DNA of 64,000 nucleotides from a bacterium (GCA_028824015.1 JAPPFC010000051.1:4732-68731); one strand, 5' to 3'. Shown: positions 34,755 through 43,913, counted from the stretch's first letter. A program made the numbers and translations. Notes: generated by a model not told the origin, from the letters alone.

Positions 34755-35576
34755 ATGAGCCAGGTAGAGGTTTACAGTGCCGGTCTTGACCATCCAGAAT
34801 GCGTGGCGATCGACCCCGACGGCCGAGTCTGGGCCGGGGGGGAAGCAGGACAGATATATGTAATAGACCCCGAGACCCGTCAGCCCGAAGTGATCTGTCA
34901 GTTGAATGCCATGGCCGCCGGCCTGGCCTTCGACCGCAACGGCTATTGCTATGTCTGCAGCCAGGACAACACAATCGTCAGGGTTGCCGCCTCAGGAGAG
35001 TGGGAGGTATTCTGTGACTCGGTGGACGGTCGTCCCCTGCGGGGCCCCAACTTCCCGGCCTTCGGTCCAGACGGGAGTCTCTACGTGTCGGGCTCAGGAG
35101 ACTATCCGGGACCAACCGGGGAGATTTACCGCATCAATCCCGGTGGCGAGGCCACGGTGTACCACTCCGGTCCCTTCTATTACGCCAACGGGTTGGCCAT
35201 CGATCAGGGCGCCAGGTTCCTGTACGTCGCCCAGACCGCCACCGACGATGTGGTTCGGATTCCCCTGGATGGTTCGGGGACCCCGCCCGAGCAGGTGTGC
35301 GCCCCGGGGGCCCTGCTTCCCATGCCCGACGGACTGGCTTTCGACGCCGCCGGGAACCTGTACGTGACTTCATTCGGCGCCAGCGCTCTCGAGCGCATCC
35401 GCCCTGACGGGGAAGTCGAACTGGTGGCCCAGGACGAGCGAGGCCTGACCATGAACCGGGTTACCAACTGCGCCTTCGGAGGCCCTGACCTGGAGCAATT
35501 GTTCCTGGCCAACCTGGGAGGTTGGCATGTCTCAGTGATGACCCCCGACACTCCCGGCCAGCCTTTGTTCCGCTAA
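34755..35576 (+). CDS. SMP-30/gluconolactonase/LRE-family beta-propeller hydrolase
   Basis: Repeated motifs: ECVAIDPDGRVW, GLAFDRNGYCYV, FGPDGSLYVS, ANGLAIDQGARFLYV, PDGLAFDAAGNLYV and NCAFGGPDLEQLF. Confidence 0.75.
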   Translation: MSQVEVYSAGLDHPECVAIDPDGRVWAGGEAGQIYVIDPETRQPEVICQLNAMAAGLAFDRNGYCYVCSQDNTIVRVAASGEWEVFCDSVDGRPLRGPNFPAFGPDGSLYVSGSGDYPGPTGEIYRINPGGEATVYHSGPFYYANGLAIDQGARFLYVAQTATDDVVRIPLDGSGTPPEQVCAPGALLPMPDGLAFDAAGNLYVTSFGASALERIRPDGEVELVAQDERGLTMNRVTNCAFGGPDLEQLFLANLGGWHVSVMTPDTPGQPLFR

Positions 35577-35668
35577 ACCCCCCCATTTCCGCAGTAGAGA
35601 GACGCCTGTTTTCGCATTTTGCGAAAGTCGCACAAAGCACGAAGGATCTTGGCCGGCCTGCCGCCGTA

Positions 35669-36439
35669 TTAGCCAAGTCTTATTTGTGCTGTCAATCCTC
35701 CGTCGACCACCAGGGTCTGGCCGGTGATGAAACCGGCGTCGTCTCCGACCAGGAAGGCCACCACCCCGGCGATGTCTTGGGGTTTTCCTCGTCGGCCTAC
35801 CGCATGAAGGGCGGCAACCGAGGCGGCGAATTCATCCGGATCGTCCATCTTGGCCAGCACCCTGTCCCAGGCGGCGGTGTCGATGAACCCCGGAGCGATG
35901 GCGTTTACCCGGATCCCCTTCGGTCCCAGTTCCAGGGCCAAGGTTCTGGTGAGACCGATCACCCCGGCCTTGGAGGCGGTGTAGGCGCCATAGTCGGGGA
36001 AGGTGTATCGAGCCATCACCGAGGCTATGTTGACGATGCTGCCTCCTCCGGAACGCTCCATGAGATCGGCGGCCGCCTGGGCTGAAAGGGCGACGCTGCG
36101 AAGATCCACTTCCAGGCACCTGTCCCACGCGGCGACGGTCATCTCCGACAGCGGCTCGTTGTAGTCCAGTCCGGCGTTGTTGACCAGTACGTGCAGGCCA
36201 TCCCACCGGCGGGCCACCGCCGCCACGATCCCGGGAAAGGCGTCGGGCTCTCCGACGTCGGATTCCAAGAAGAAGGCTTCGCCACCATCGGAGCGAATCC
36301 CGGCGGCGACCTCCTCGCCTCCCTCCACGTCGATGTCGATCACCGCCACCCGATATCCATCTGAAGCCAGCCGGAGGGCGCATCCCCGTCCGATGCCGGC
36401 GGCGCCGCCGGTTACCACAGCCACTCTGGAGCCCATCAT
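35669..36439 (-). CDS. SDR-family oxidoreductase
   Basis: VAVVTGGAAGIGRG, NNAG and YTASKAGVIGLTR. The ATG overlaps the permease stop (ATGA). The track ORF extension to 36868 overlaps the permease gene and was rejected. Confidence 0.85.
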   Translation of the reverse strand: MMGSRVAVVTGGAAGIGRGCALRLASDGYRVAVIDIDVEGGEEVAAGIRSDGGEAFFLESDVGEPDAFPGIVAAVARRWDGLHVLVNNAGLDYNEPLSEMTVAAWDRCLEVDLRSVALSAQAAADLMERSGGGSIVNIASVMARYTFPDYGAYTASKAGVIGLTRTLALELGPKGIRVNAIAPGFIDTAAWDRVLAKMDDPDEFAASVAALHAVGRRGKPQDIAGVVAFLVGDDAGFITGQTLVVDGGLTAQIRLG

Positions 36440-37320
36440 CTGATCGGTTGTCCTTTCGATCTGGGGTCGATCACGTCTCTCAGCCCGTCGCCGAAGAGGT
36501 TGGTGGCAAACACTGTAATGGCCAGCGCCACCCCGGGGAAGAACGCCGTCCACCACGAGAGGGCCAGGAATTGGCGTCCGTCCTGGATCATTGTTCCCCA
36601 CTCCGCGGTGGGTGGCGGAATACCCAGTCCCAGAAAGCTCAGCGCCGCGCCGGCCAGGATGGCCCCGGCTACGTGAATGGTCATCATCACCAGGATGGGC
36701 GGGAACACCCGGTAGATGATGTGGCGGAACAGCACCCGTCCGTCCCCGGCCCCGATGGCCACGGCGGTCTGCACGAACGGCGCCTCCTTGGCCTGGATTA
36801 CCTGACCGCGGGCCATGCGGACATAGAACGGGATCCCCGACAGACCGAGGGCCAGGGAGACGCTCCACAGCCCCGGTCCCAACACCGCCACCACGGTCAG
36901 CGCCAAGAGGATGGGGGGGAATGCCAACGCGAGGTCCACGAAGCGAGTCATCAGCAGGTCAGCCCACCTGCCGTAGTAACCGATGATCATCCCCGCCGTG
37001 GTTCCGATCACCGAAGAGATCAACATGGGCACCACCCCCATGATCAGCGAGGGTCTGGCCCCGTGGATCACCCGGCTGAACACGTCGCGCCCCAGCTGGT
37101 CGGTGCCCATCCAATGGTCGCCGCTGGGGGGTTCCAGAGCGTTGACCGGGTCGGTGTCGACCGGATCGAAGGGGGCCAGCCAATCGGCGAAGATGGCTGC
37201 GATCAACACCAGTGCGAAGAGGGTGCCGCCCACCACCACCGAGCGATGGGACAGGAGTCGCCTCCACACCCCGACGGTGGTCTCGGTCAGTGGAGCCGGG
37301 GCGGGAGCGGCGTCAAGCAT
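36436..37320 (-). CDS. Dpp/Opp-type ABC transporter permease (C-type)
   Basis: 294 aa. N-terminal OppC_N-like segment and a BPD_transp_1 core. Confidence 0.9.
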   Translation of the reverse strand: MLDAAPAPAPLTETTVGVWRRLLSHRSVVVGGTLFALVLIAAIFADWLAPFDPVDTDPVNALEPPSGDHWMGTDQLGRDVFSRVIHGARPSLIMGVVPMLISSVIGTTAGMIIGYYGRWADLLMTRFVDLALAFPPILLALTVVAVLGPGLWSVSLALGLSGIPFYVRMARGQVIQAKEAPFVQTAVAIGAGDGRVLFRHIIYRVFPPILVMMTIHVAGAILAGAALSFLGLGIPPPTAEWGTMIQDGRQFLALSWWTAFFPGVALAITVFATNLFGDGLRDVIDPRSKGQPIR

Positions 37321-38250
37321 TTAGGTCGTTCCCAGTTTGACTCGCGGATCCAGAACTCTGTAGAAAATGTCCACGATCACATTGATCAGCACGAAAATGG
37401 AGGCCAGGATCAGAATGGATCCCTGCAGAACCGCCAGTTCGCGTTGGAGGATGCTGTCCACCACCAGTTTCCCGACGCCCTGGCGTCCGAACAGGGTCTC
37501 TATCACCACCGAGGCGCCCAGGAGGTTCCCGGTCTGCAGCCCGATCATCGTAACCACCGGCACCAGCGCATTACGCAAGCCGTGTCGCCAGGTGACCCGG
37601 GAGTCCGAGGCGCCCTTGGCGCGGGCGGTGGTTATGTAGTCCTGTTCCAGGGATTCGATCAGGCTGCTTCTGACCAACCGGGCCAGAATGGCGGCTTCGG
37701 CCAGGCCCAGGGTGATTGCCGGAAGAAACAGGCCGTCGAATCCCCCCGAACTGAGAACCGGAAACCACCCCAGGTTGACCGCGAACAGGATTATCAACAT
37801 CAGCCCCAGCCAGAACTGGGGGATAGAAAGCCCCAGTACTGCGGTCCCCATGGCTGCGGTGTCAACCAGGGTGTTGCGCCGCCGGGCAGCCAGTACTCCC
37901 AGAGGGACTCCGATTACCAGCGCAACCATCATGCCGGCCGCCACGAGGATCAGGGTGGAAGGGATCTGGGCGCCGACCAGACCGATCACCGAACGGCCGG
38001 CTATCGACCGGCCCAAGTCTCCCTTCACCAGTCCCGACAGGTAGTCCCCCAACTGGACGATGATCGGCCGGTTGAGTCCCAGAGACTCCCGCATCACCTC
38101 CTGCTGTTCGGGGGAGAATCTTGCTCCGGCCGACATTTTGGCTGTCACGGCGTCACCCGGTATGAACTGCATGAGCAGGAATATCAGGGTGGCGACGCCG
38201 ATCAGCACGGGGATAGTCAGGGCCAGCCGGCCGACTATGTATCTCAGCAC
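37321..38250 (-). CDS. Dpp/Opp-type ABC transporter permease (B-type)
   Basis: MLRYIVGRLALTIPVLIGVATLIFLLM...ITTARAKGASDSRVTWRHGLRNAL, the classic DppB/OppB pattern. Confidence 0.9.
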   Translation of the reverse strand: MLRYIVGRLALTIPVLIGVATLIFLLMQFIPGDAVTAKMSAGARFSPEQQEVMRESLGLNRPIIVQLGDYLSGLVKGDLGRSIAGRSVIGLVGAQIPSTLILVAAGMMVALVIGVPLGVLAARRRNTLVDTAAMGTAVLGLSIPQFWLGLMLIILFAVNLGWFPVLSSGGFDGLFLPAITLGLAEAAILARLVRSSLIESLEQDYITTARAKGASDSRVTWRHGLRNALVPVVTMIGLQTGNLLGASVVIETLFGRQGVGKLVVDSILQRELAVLQGSILILASIFVLINVIVDIFYRVLDPRVKLGTT

Positions 38251-38356
38251 TTCTTTTTACGCCCAACCCCGAACAGGCCCTGGGCGGCAAAGGTTGGTTC
38301 CTTTGCCGCCCTGGTGTCTTCTGTCCGACACCAAGCCTGTCGGATTTCGATCATTG

Positions 38357-40312
38357 CTACTGGCTTAGGGATGCTCCAGCGAAGTACTTGTAGAAACCGG
38401 TGCCGTCCACCGAGAATCCGCTCAGGGCGTCGGAGAACGCCGTGAAGAAGTGCAGCTCGATGATGGGGACCATGTAGGCCTGGTCCATCATGTAGCGCTG
38501 GAACTCAGAGAGGATCTCGGCGCGCTTGCCGACGTTCACCTCCACGAAGGCGGCATCCAGAAGGGCGTCCAACTGCGGGTCGTCGATGTGCCCGACGTTG
38601 ATGTTGCCGGGGCCGATTGACGAGGAGTGGAAGTCCCGGCGAATGGTGGCCGGGGAGCCGAACACGTCACCCATCGATGGAAGTGCGAACTGGGTCTCGC
38701 CGGTCACGGTGTAGTAGCCGCCGCCCTCGTGGGTGACGACCTCGGCGTCGAAGCCGATCTCATTCAACTGGGCCTGCAGAAGGTCGACCCACGGGTTCCA
38801 GCTGGCATTCTCGATGATCTTGACGCTCAGCGTTTCGTCACCCTTGCGGCGGACACCGTCATCACCCAATACCCATCCGGCCTCCTCCAGCAACTCGACG
38901 GAGCGAGCCGGGTCCAGCGGGTAGTAGGTCTCCACGATCGGGTCGTACTCGGCAAAGTCGCTGGACAGCGGCCCGAAGGCGGCCGGCGCCCGTCCGAAGA
39001 ACACTGCCTGGACGATGGCGTCCTGGTCGACCGCGTGCAAGATCGCCTGGCGCACCCGGATGTCCGAGGTGGGCGAGATGTTGGGGTTGATGGCGTTGGC
39101 CTGCGGCAAGCCGGGCAGGGAGAATCCTTCCACTGTGATTCCGTCCAGCGCCTCCAATGGGGCGATGTTCTGGAACGGAACCAGGTCCAGGAAGTGGATC
39201 TCGCCGGTGGAGAGGGCCGCGGTGCGGGCCTGCTCGTCCGGGATGTACCGGAAGATCACCCGCTCGACGCGGGCCGGACCGGTGGTCCCGTAGAAGGAGA
39301 AGGCGCCCCATGTCCAGTCGGGGTTGCGCACCATGGAGATGTGGCTTCCTTCCACCCATTCCTCGAAGATGAACGGACCGGTGCCGATCGGCTGCCGACC
39401 GGCATCGTCGCCCAGCGCTTCCACGGCCGCCGCGTTGGTAATCCCCGCACCTGGAGCAGCCAGGTCGATGAGGATGTCGGGCACCGGCGCGGAGAAGATC
39501 AACTTGATGGTGTTGTCGTCTATGATCTCGGTGTCCTGGTAGTTGACGGCGAGCAGCGCGGTCTGCGATCCGGTGACGTCGCCCTTCAGCCGGTCGAAGT
39601 GGGCTTTGACCACTTCCGCGTTGAGAGGATCGCCGTTGTGGAAAGTGACTCCCTCTCGAAGCGTAAAGGTGATCTCGGTGGCGTCGGCGCTCTGGGACCA
39701 GTGGGTGGCCAATCCGGGATGGATCTGCATCCCCTGCCCCAGGATGACCAGCGTCTCATAGATCTGGGCGGCAACCGCCATGTCGTTGACCGACAGAGCG
39801 GCGAAGGCATCGAGCTGCAAGGGCTCCTGGTTGGAGCCGAAGACGATGGTTCCTCCGGCCATCAACTCCTCGATCTGCATCTGGGCTTCTTCGACCTGCT
39901 TCTGCGATTCGTCGGCCTCCATCTGTGCTTCTTCAGCAGCTCTGGCTGCGTCCATAGCCGCCATTTCGGCTTCCTCGGCTGCTTGCATAGCCTCGTCCAG
40001 GGCTGCCTGGGCCTCCTCGCCACCGGCCGCTGCTGCTGCCTCGGCCTCTTCCAGGGCCATCTGAGCCGCTTCGGCTTCGGCCTGAGCTGCTTCCAAGGCT
40101 GCCTGAGCTGCCTCGGCTTCGGCTTGGGCTGCCGCCGCTTCGGCCTGGGCTGCGTCGGCTTCGGCTTGGGCTGCTGCTGCTGCTTCGGCTTGGGCTGCTG
40201 CTGCGGCCTCGGCGGCGGCCTCGTCGTCCGCACCGTCATCGCCGCATGCGGTTGCAATCAGCGTCAAAGCGATAATGATGCCGAGCAAAGCACGGCCTCT
40301 TAGTCTCTTCAT
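38357..40312 (-). CDS. ABC transporter substrate-binding lipoprotein, family 5 (DppA/OppA-like), with a long Ala/Glu/Gln-rich N-terminal linker
   Basis: ATG 40312 is preceded by AAGGAG. Signal plus lipobox LIATAC, then about 125 aa of A/E/Q low complexity, then an SBP_bac_5-like body. The track ORF start at 40450 was rejected. Confidence 0.85.
   Translation of the reverse strand: MKRLRGRALLGIIIALTLIATACGDDGADDEAAAEAAAAAQAEAAAAAQAEADAAQAEAAAAQAEAEAAQAALEAAQAEAEAAQMALEEAEAAAAAGGEEAQAALDEAMQAAEEAEMAAMDAARAAEEAQMEADESQKQVEEAQMQIEELMAGGTIVFGSNQEPLQLDAFAALSVNDMAVAAQIYETLVILGQGMQIHPGLATHWSQSADATEITFTLREGVTFHNGDPLNAEVVKAHFDRLKGDVTGSQTALLAVNYQDTEIIDDNTIKLIFSAPVPDILIDLAAPGAGITNAAAVEALGDDAGRQPIGTGPFIFEEWVEGSHISMVRNPDWTWGAFSFYGTTGPARVERVIFRYIPDEQARTAALSTGEIHFLDLVPFQNIAPLEALDGITVEGFSLPGLPQANAINPNISPTSDIRVRQAILHAVDQDAIVQAVFFGRAPAAFGPLSSDFAEYDPIVETYYPLDPARSVELLEEAGWVLGDDGVRRKGDETLSVKIIENASWNPWVDLLQAQLNEIGFDAEVVTHEGGGYYTVTGETQFALPSMGDVFGSPATIRRDFHSSSIGPGNINVGHIDDPQLDALLDAAFVEVNVGKRAEILSEFQRYMMDQAYMVPIIELHFFTAFSDALSGFSVDGTGFYKYFAGASLSQ
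39861..40236 (-). repeat. Coding low-complexity/imperfect tandem repeat (AAQAEAEAAQ-type) inside the SBP gene
   Basis: The exact 19-mer cggcttcggcttgggctgc occurs at 40114-40132 and 40156-40174, a 42-nt period. A 16-nt partial copy lies at 40183-40198. The translated region is almost only A/E/Q/M/D. Confidence 0.7.
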
Positions 40313-40403
40313 TCTCTTCTCCTTTTCGCTATGGAGGCACAGGCTGAGGCGCCCCTCCATGACTGTTCCTTCCAAGATACATCGCCATCCATGGTCAGGC
40401 AAC

Positions 40404-40418
40404 CAGAACCAGGTTCTG
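40404..40418. promoter_or_regulatory. Perfect 7-1-7 palindrome CAGAACCAGGTTCTG in the dppD-SBP intergenic gap (candidate operator)
   Basis: Read directly from the sequence, about 92 nt upstream of the SBP ATG. The statistical weight is modest: a perfect 7-1-7 palindrome is expected about once per 16 kb of random sequence. Confidence 0.3.
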
Positions 40419-40601
40419 ATCGAGTTTGGTGAGGGGAAACGGAGGTTCACGAACAGACGCGCCTGACTTCTCCTCCTCCCAGGGGTTACTGGCTACTCGA
40501 CTTGCAGAATCAAACTCTCGTTTTATTCCCCTTGACAACCCTCGTGAGGCGGTAGGCACAAAGCTCGGATTCCGCTCGCCGAGCATGGCCCGGGAGTGAC
40601 C

Positions 40602-41618
40602 TCAGCCGGTCTCCGCCAGATAATGACAGGCGCCGCTGTGGCCGCCGCCCAGTGAAGTCAACTCCGGAACCTGGTGGCGGCACGGTTCGCGTCCTCCGGA
40701 CAACGCGCACCGGGTGTGGAAAGCGCATCCGGTGGGTCGTGCGGCCAGAGTTGGTGGAACTCCGGGGATCGGCTGCAGGTGCTCCAGTTCCGTGTCCAGC
40801 CTGGGAAGACTGGTGAACAGTCCGATGGTGTAGGGATGGCGAGGCCGGTGGAAGATAGTCTCGACTGTTCCGGTTTCCACGATCCTCCCGCCATACATGA
40901 CGGCTACCCTGTCCGCCACTTCTGCGATGACTCCCAGATCGTGGGTGACCAGAATCATCGAGGCGCCGGCCGCTCCGCAGCCGGCGGCCAGCACCTCCAG
41001 GACCTGAGCCTGGATGGTGACGTCCAAAGCCGTGGTGGGTTCATCGGCGATCAGGACAGAGGGTTGATTGGCGATCGCCACGGCGATGACCACCCGCTGC
41101 CTCATGCCTCCCGACAACTCATGGGGGAACTGCCGGTAGCGCTGGCGGGGATTGGGGATGTCCACCAGATCCAGCAGTTCGATGGCCCTCTCCCGGGCGT
41201 CGGACCGCGAGAAGCCGTGGATTCTGAGCGCCTCGGCGATCTGGCGCCCCACCCGCATCACCGGGTTCAACGAGGTCATGGGGTCTTGGAACACCATGGC
41301 GATCTCCTTGCCCCGGACTGCCTCCAACTCTCCATCGGACAGTGTCAGCAAGTCTTGGCCCCGGTAGAGGACCCGTCCTCCGTCGATTCGGGCGTTGTCG
41401 GGAAGGAGCCCGACCAGGGAGGAGACCGTCACTGTCTTTCCGGATCCGGATTCCCCCACCACTCCCAGGATGTCGCCGGGGTGAAGGGCAAAGCTGACGT
41501 CTTCGATGGCGGGGAGCACCCCGGAGTGAGTCTCGAAGGAGATTGAAAGATTGCGAACCTCAAGAAGGGGCGCCGGGTCTCGAGATGAAGGGTGAGGGGC
41601 GGACATTGGCTCGGACAC
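40602..41618 (-). CDS. Dpp/Opp-type ABC transporter ATP-binding protein (D-type)
   Basis: Walker A GESGSGKT, signature LSGGMRQRVVIAVAI, Walker B VLIADEPTTALD and the C-terminal RPRHPYTIGLFTSLP...CAFHTRC. Confidence 0.9.
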   Translation of the reverse strand: MSEPMSAPHPSSRDPAPLLEVRNLSISFETHSGVLPAIEDVSFALHPGDILGVVGESGSGKTVTVSSLVGLLPDNARIDGGRVLYRGQDLLTLSDGELEAVRGKEIAMVFQDPMTSLNPVMRVGRQIAEALRIHGFSRSDARERAIELLDLVDIPNPRQRYRQFPHELSGGMRQRVVIAVAIANQPSVLIADEPTTALDVTIQAQVLEVLAAGCGAAGASMILVTHDLGVIAEVADRVAVMYGGRIVETGTVETIFHRPRHPYTIGLFTSLPRLDTELEHLQPIPGVPPTLAARPTGCAFHTRCALSGGREPCRHQVPELTSLGGGHSGACHYLAETG

Positions 41619-41621
41619 CGG

Positions 41622-43028
41622 CTATTCCGTGTCGCCCTCCGCCAGATCGGCGAGGAGCAGGCCGGATTCGCGCTCCAGCACGGAGGCGGCTTCCGAAGTG
41701 TACGCCGTTGCCCAGTTCGGTTCGTAGCCTCCCCTCTCGAACTCCTCTGCAGTGGGAACGTACCCGGTGTGGCCGTTCGAGTATCCCGCCATGTGGGTGT
41801 ACTCGAAGGGGGAGGCATCCCTTACCCTCGCTCCGATCTCCGAGAAGGGCTCGCCGGGAAAGCCCAACAGAGCCACCGAGTCGATTCTTATTCCATGCAG
41901 CGTGGTGGGCAGTTGGGGTCTCCCTCTGCACAGCTTCGCCCAAATCGAGCTGATGATGGCCCGCCTGGCGCGATATCGAGCCTCCAACACCTGTTCCTCC
42001 GGCGCTCCGGTCCTCTCCAACTCCAGAAAGCGTCGGGAGAGGCTGTCTGCATGGGCTTCCGCCAAGTCGGGATCCTCGGTGGGCCGAGTCGGCATTTCTA
42101 TGTTGCGTTCCACGACCCTGACCAACGGCTCCCGGTCCGGAAGCGGCTCATCCACCCAGATGCCCAGCGGGGCGCCCGATTCGACGATGCCGGCGAACCT
42201 TCTTCTGGTGGGTCGGGTGCGGATGCCGGTGAACACCTTGGCGGCCTCGGCCCCCAGCATGGTCCCCATCCGCTCGGCGGCACCCAGGTCGCCTGTCAGC
42301 GCTTCGATGGTCATCATGTTCCCCGCGCACCCCTGGAGGTAGAGGCAGGCAGCGCCGGTCAACTCCTCGACCACCCGTTTGGCCACTCCGGGGAAGTCGG
42401 GGCTGAGCAGACGGTTCTGATAGGCCAGAACGATCGGATGAGCGGCGTAACAAACCAAAGCGGCGAGAGGGTCCTCATCGAGATCGTCAAAACGCACCAC
42501 CATTACCCGGTGGTCGGCGAAGCCGTCGAGGTTCTGTCCCACCACCAGTTCGCCGGTCGGCGCCCGGAGTCTGCGGTTTACCGCGATGTCACTGTTGCCC
42601 CACCCCGCGGCCACCCGGGCGGGCCGCAAAGCAGCCTTGGCCTGACGGGTTGCACCCAAGGTCTGCGACCAGACCGTCTCCCGGTAGCCCGGCACCAACT
42701 CATGGCCTCCCCGGCCCTCACGGGATCCCATCAAGTCCGACCAAACCGGGCCGGCATGGGTGTGGGTATAGGAGACCCTTACATTCCTGGGGTCGATACC
42801 CAACACCCCGGCCACGTCACTGCGGATGCGATCGGAATCCTTCACCGTCACATCCCCCAGGTCGTAGTCCAAAATGGCCAAGGTCTGGGTCTCGCCCTCC
42901 ACCACCAGCACGGTTACGAAGAGGTCCAGGTGCACGCCCTCGGCCCGATGGTGAATCTGCGCTCCCCAGCCGGCGTGTTCGATCCCGATCGGGGGCGTGA
43001 TGACTGCGCGGCCTACTCCTACTCTCAT
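41622..43028 (-). CDS. Neutral/alkaline ceramidase N-terminal-domain-like hydrolase (function uncertain)
   Basis: 468 aa. MRVGVGRAVITPPIGIEHAGWG...YTHTHAGP... resembles bacterial ceramidase_alk-like proteins. Assignment is by eye. The stop lies 3 nt before the dppD start. Confidence 0.5.
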   Translation of the reverse strand: MRVGVGRAVITPPIGIEHAGWGAQIHHRAEGVHLDLFVTVLVVEGETQTLAILDYDLGDVTVKDSDRIRSDVAGVLGIDPRNVRVSYTHTHAGPVWSDLMGSREGRGGHELVPGYRETVWSQTLGATRQAKAALRPARVAAGWGNSDIAVNRRLRAPTGELVVGQNLDGFADHRVMVVRFDDLDEDPLAALVCYAAHPIVLAYQNRLLSPDFPGVAKRVVEELTGAACLYLQGCAGNMMTIEALTGDLGAAERMGTMLGAEAAKVFTGIRTRPTRRRFAGIVESGAPLGIWVDEPLPDREPLVRVVERNIEMPTRPTEDPDLAEAHADSLSRRFLELERTGAPEEQVLEARYRARRAIISSIWAKLCRGRPQLPTTLHGIRIDSVALLGFPGEPFSEIGARVRDASPFEYTHMAGYSNGHTGYVPTAEEFERGGYEPNWATAYTSEAASVLERESGLLLADLAEGDTE

Positions 43029-43136
43029 GCTGCTACTCCCATGCTGCCTCGGTCAATCGGTGTGGTTACTACTCAACGGCACGAAATGCCCTTGCCGTAG
43101 GGATGGGGAAGGAGGATACCGAGCAGCGTCCGTTCA

Positions 43137-43913
43137 TTACGGTGGCGGCCAGTCGAGTTTCTTGGCAGTCAGCCCCCCATCCACTTTGAGGGTCTCCCCG
43201 GTGATGAAGCTTGCCCGCGGGGAAAGCAGGAAGGCGACCGCCTCCGCCAGTTCGGCGGTGGACCCGAAGCGCAACTGGGCGTGAAGAGCGTCTGCGTCGG
43301 GCTTGGAGAGCCTGCCGCTCTCTATGGCCTCCCTGGCGAGAGGCGTGTCGATGAAGCCGGGGGCCACCGCATTGACCCGGATTCCCAGGTGGGCCCATTC
43401 GGTGGCCAGTGTCCTGGTCAGAGCGCTGATCGCCGCCTTGGCGGCGGCATACGGCGCCCGGAGCGGCCAGCCGAAGAACTCAGAGACCGAGGAAATATTG
43501 ACGATTGCTCCACCCTGGTTGTCCATCATGTGCCGACCGGCGGCCTGGCACCAGTAGAAGGTCCCCGACAGGTTGGTGTCGAGGACCTTCTGCCAATCTT
43601 CGGGCGGAAAGCCGACGCTGGATCCGGCCAACTGAATCCCGGCGCAATTGACCAGGCTCCGCACCGGTGTGTTCCAGTTCTCGATCTCGTCCATTGCCCG
43701 GCGAACGCTCTCGGGCCGGGAGACGTCGCAAAGCACCTCCAGTACCCGGTCGGGACCGTACCGCCCGATCAGCGGCTCAGCGTGGCCGGGCTTGAGGTCG
43801 ACCGCGGCGCACCGGGTCCGGGGGTTGTCTTCCAGGAGAGTCGTCGCCACCGCCGAGCCGATGCCTCCCGCTGACCCGGTGACAACGGCCACCCCGGCGA
43901 AGTCGTTGGTCAC
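43137..43913 (-). CDS. SDR-family oxidoreductase
   Basis: VAVVTGSAGGIGSA, NCAG, YAAAKAAISALTR and PGFIDTP. Confidence 0.85.
   Translation of the reverse strand: MTNDFAGVAVVTGSAGGIGSAVATTLLEDNPRTRCAAVDLKPGHAEPLIGRYGPDRVLEVLCDVSRPESVRRAMDEIENWNTPVRSLVNCAGIQLAGSSVGFPPEDWQKVLDTNLSGTFYWCQAAGRHMMDNQGGAIVNISSVSEFFGWPLRAPYAAAKAAISALTRTLATEWAHLGIRVNAVAPGFIDTPLAREAIESGRLSKPDADALHAQLRFGSTAELAEAVAFLLSPRASFITGETLKVDGGLTAKKLDWPPP

Noticed and set aside
35609-35626. tttcgc-atttt-gcgaaa hairpin between the convergent lactonase and SDR genes
   Set aside because: The stem is 6 bp and AT-rich with no U-tract on either strand. This is too weak to call a terminator.
36448-38445. 665-aa ORF on the plus strand
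   Set aside because: It is antisense to the two ABC permease genes, which carry unmistakable DppB/DppC motifs. The translation is H/G/Q/R/P-rich.
40000-40260. Repetitive gcttcggc/ggctgc DNA as a possible CRISPR or minisatellite
   Set aside because: The repeats are in frame within the SBP gene and encode the Ala/Glu/Gln linker. There is no repeat-spacer architecture.
38627-40303. 558-aa ORF on the plus strand
   Set aside because: It is antisense to the family-5 SBP gene. Its C-terminal Cys/Gly/Leu repeats are just the complement of the Ala/Glu/Gln coding repeat.
41592-43100. 502-aa ORF on the plus strand
   Set aside because: It is antisense to the ceramidase-like gene and has no motifs.
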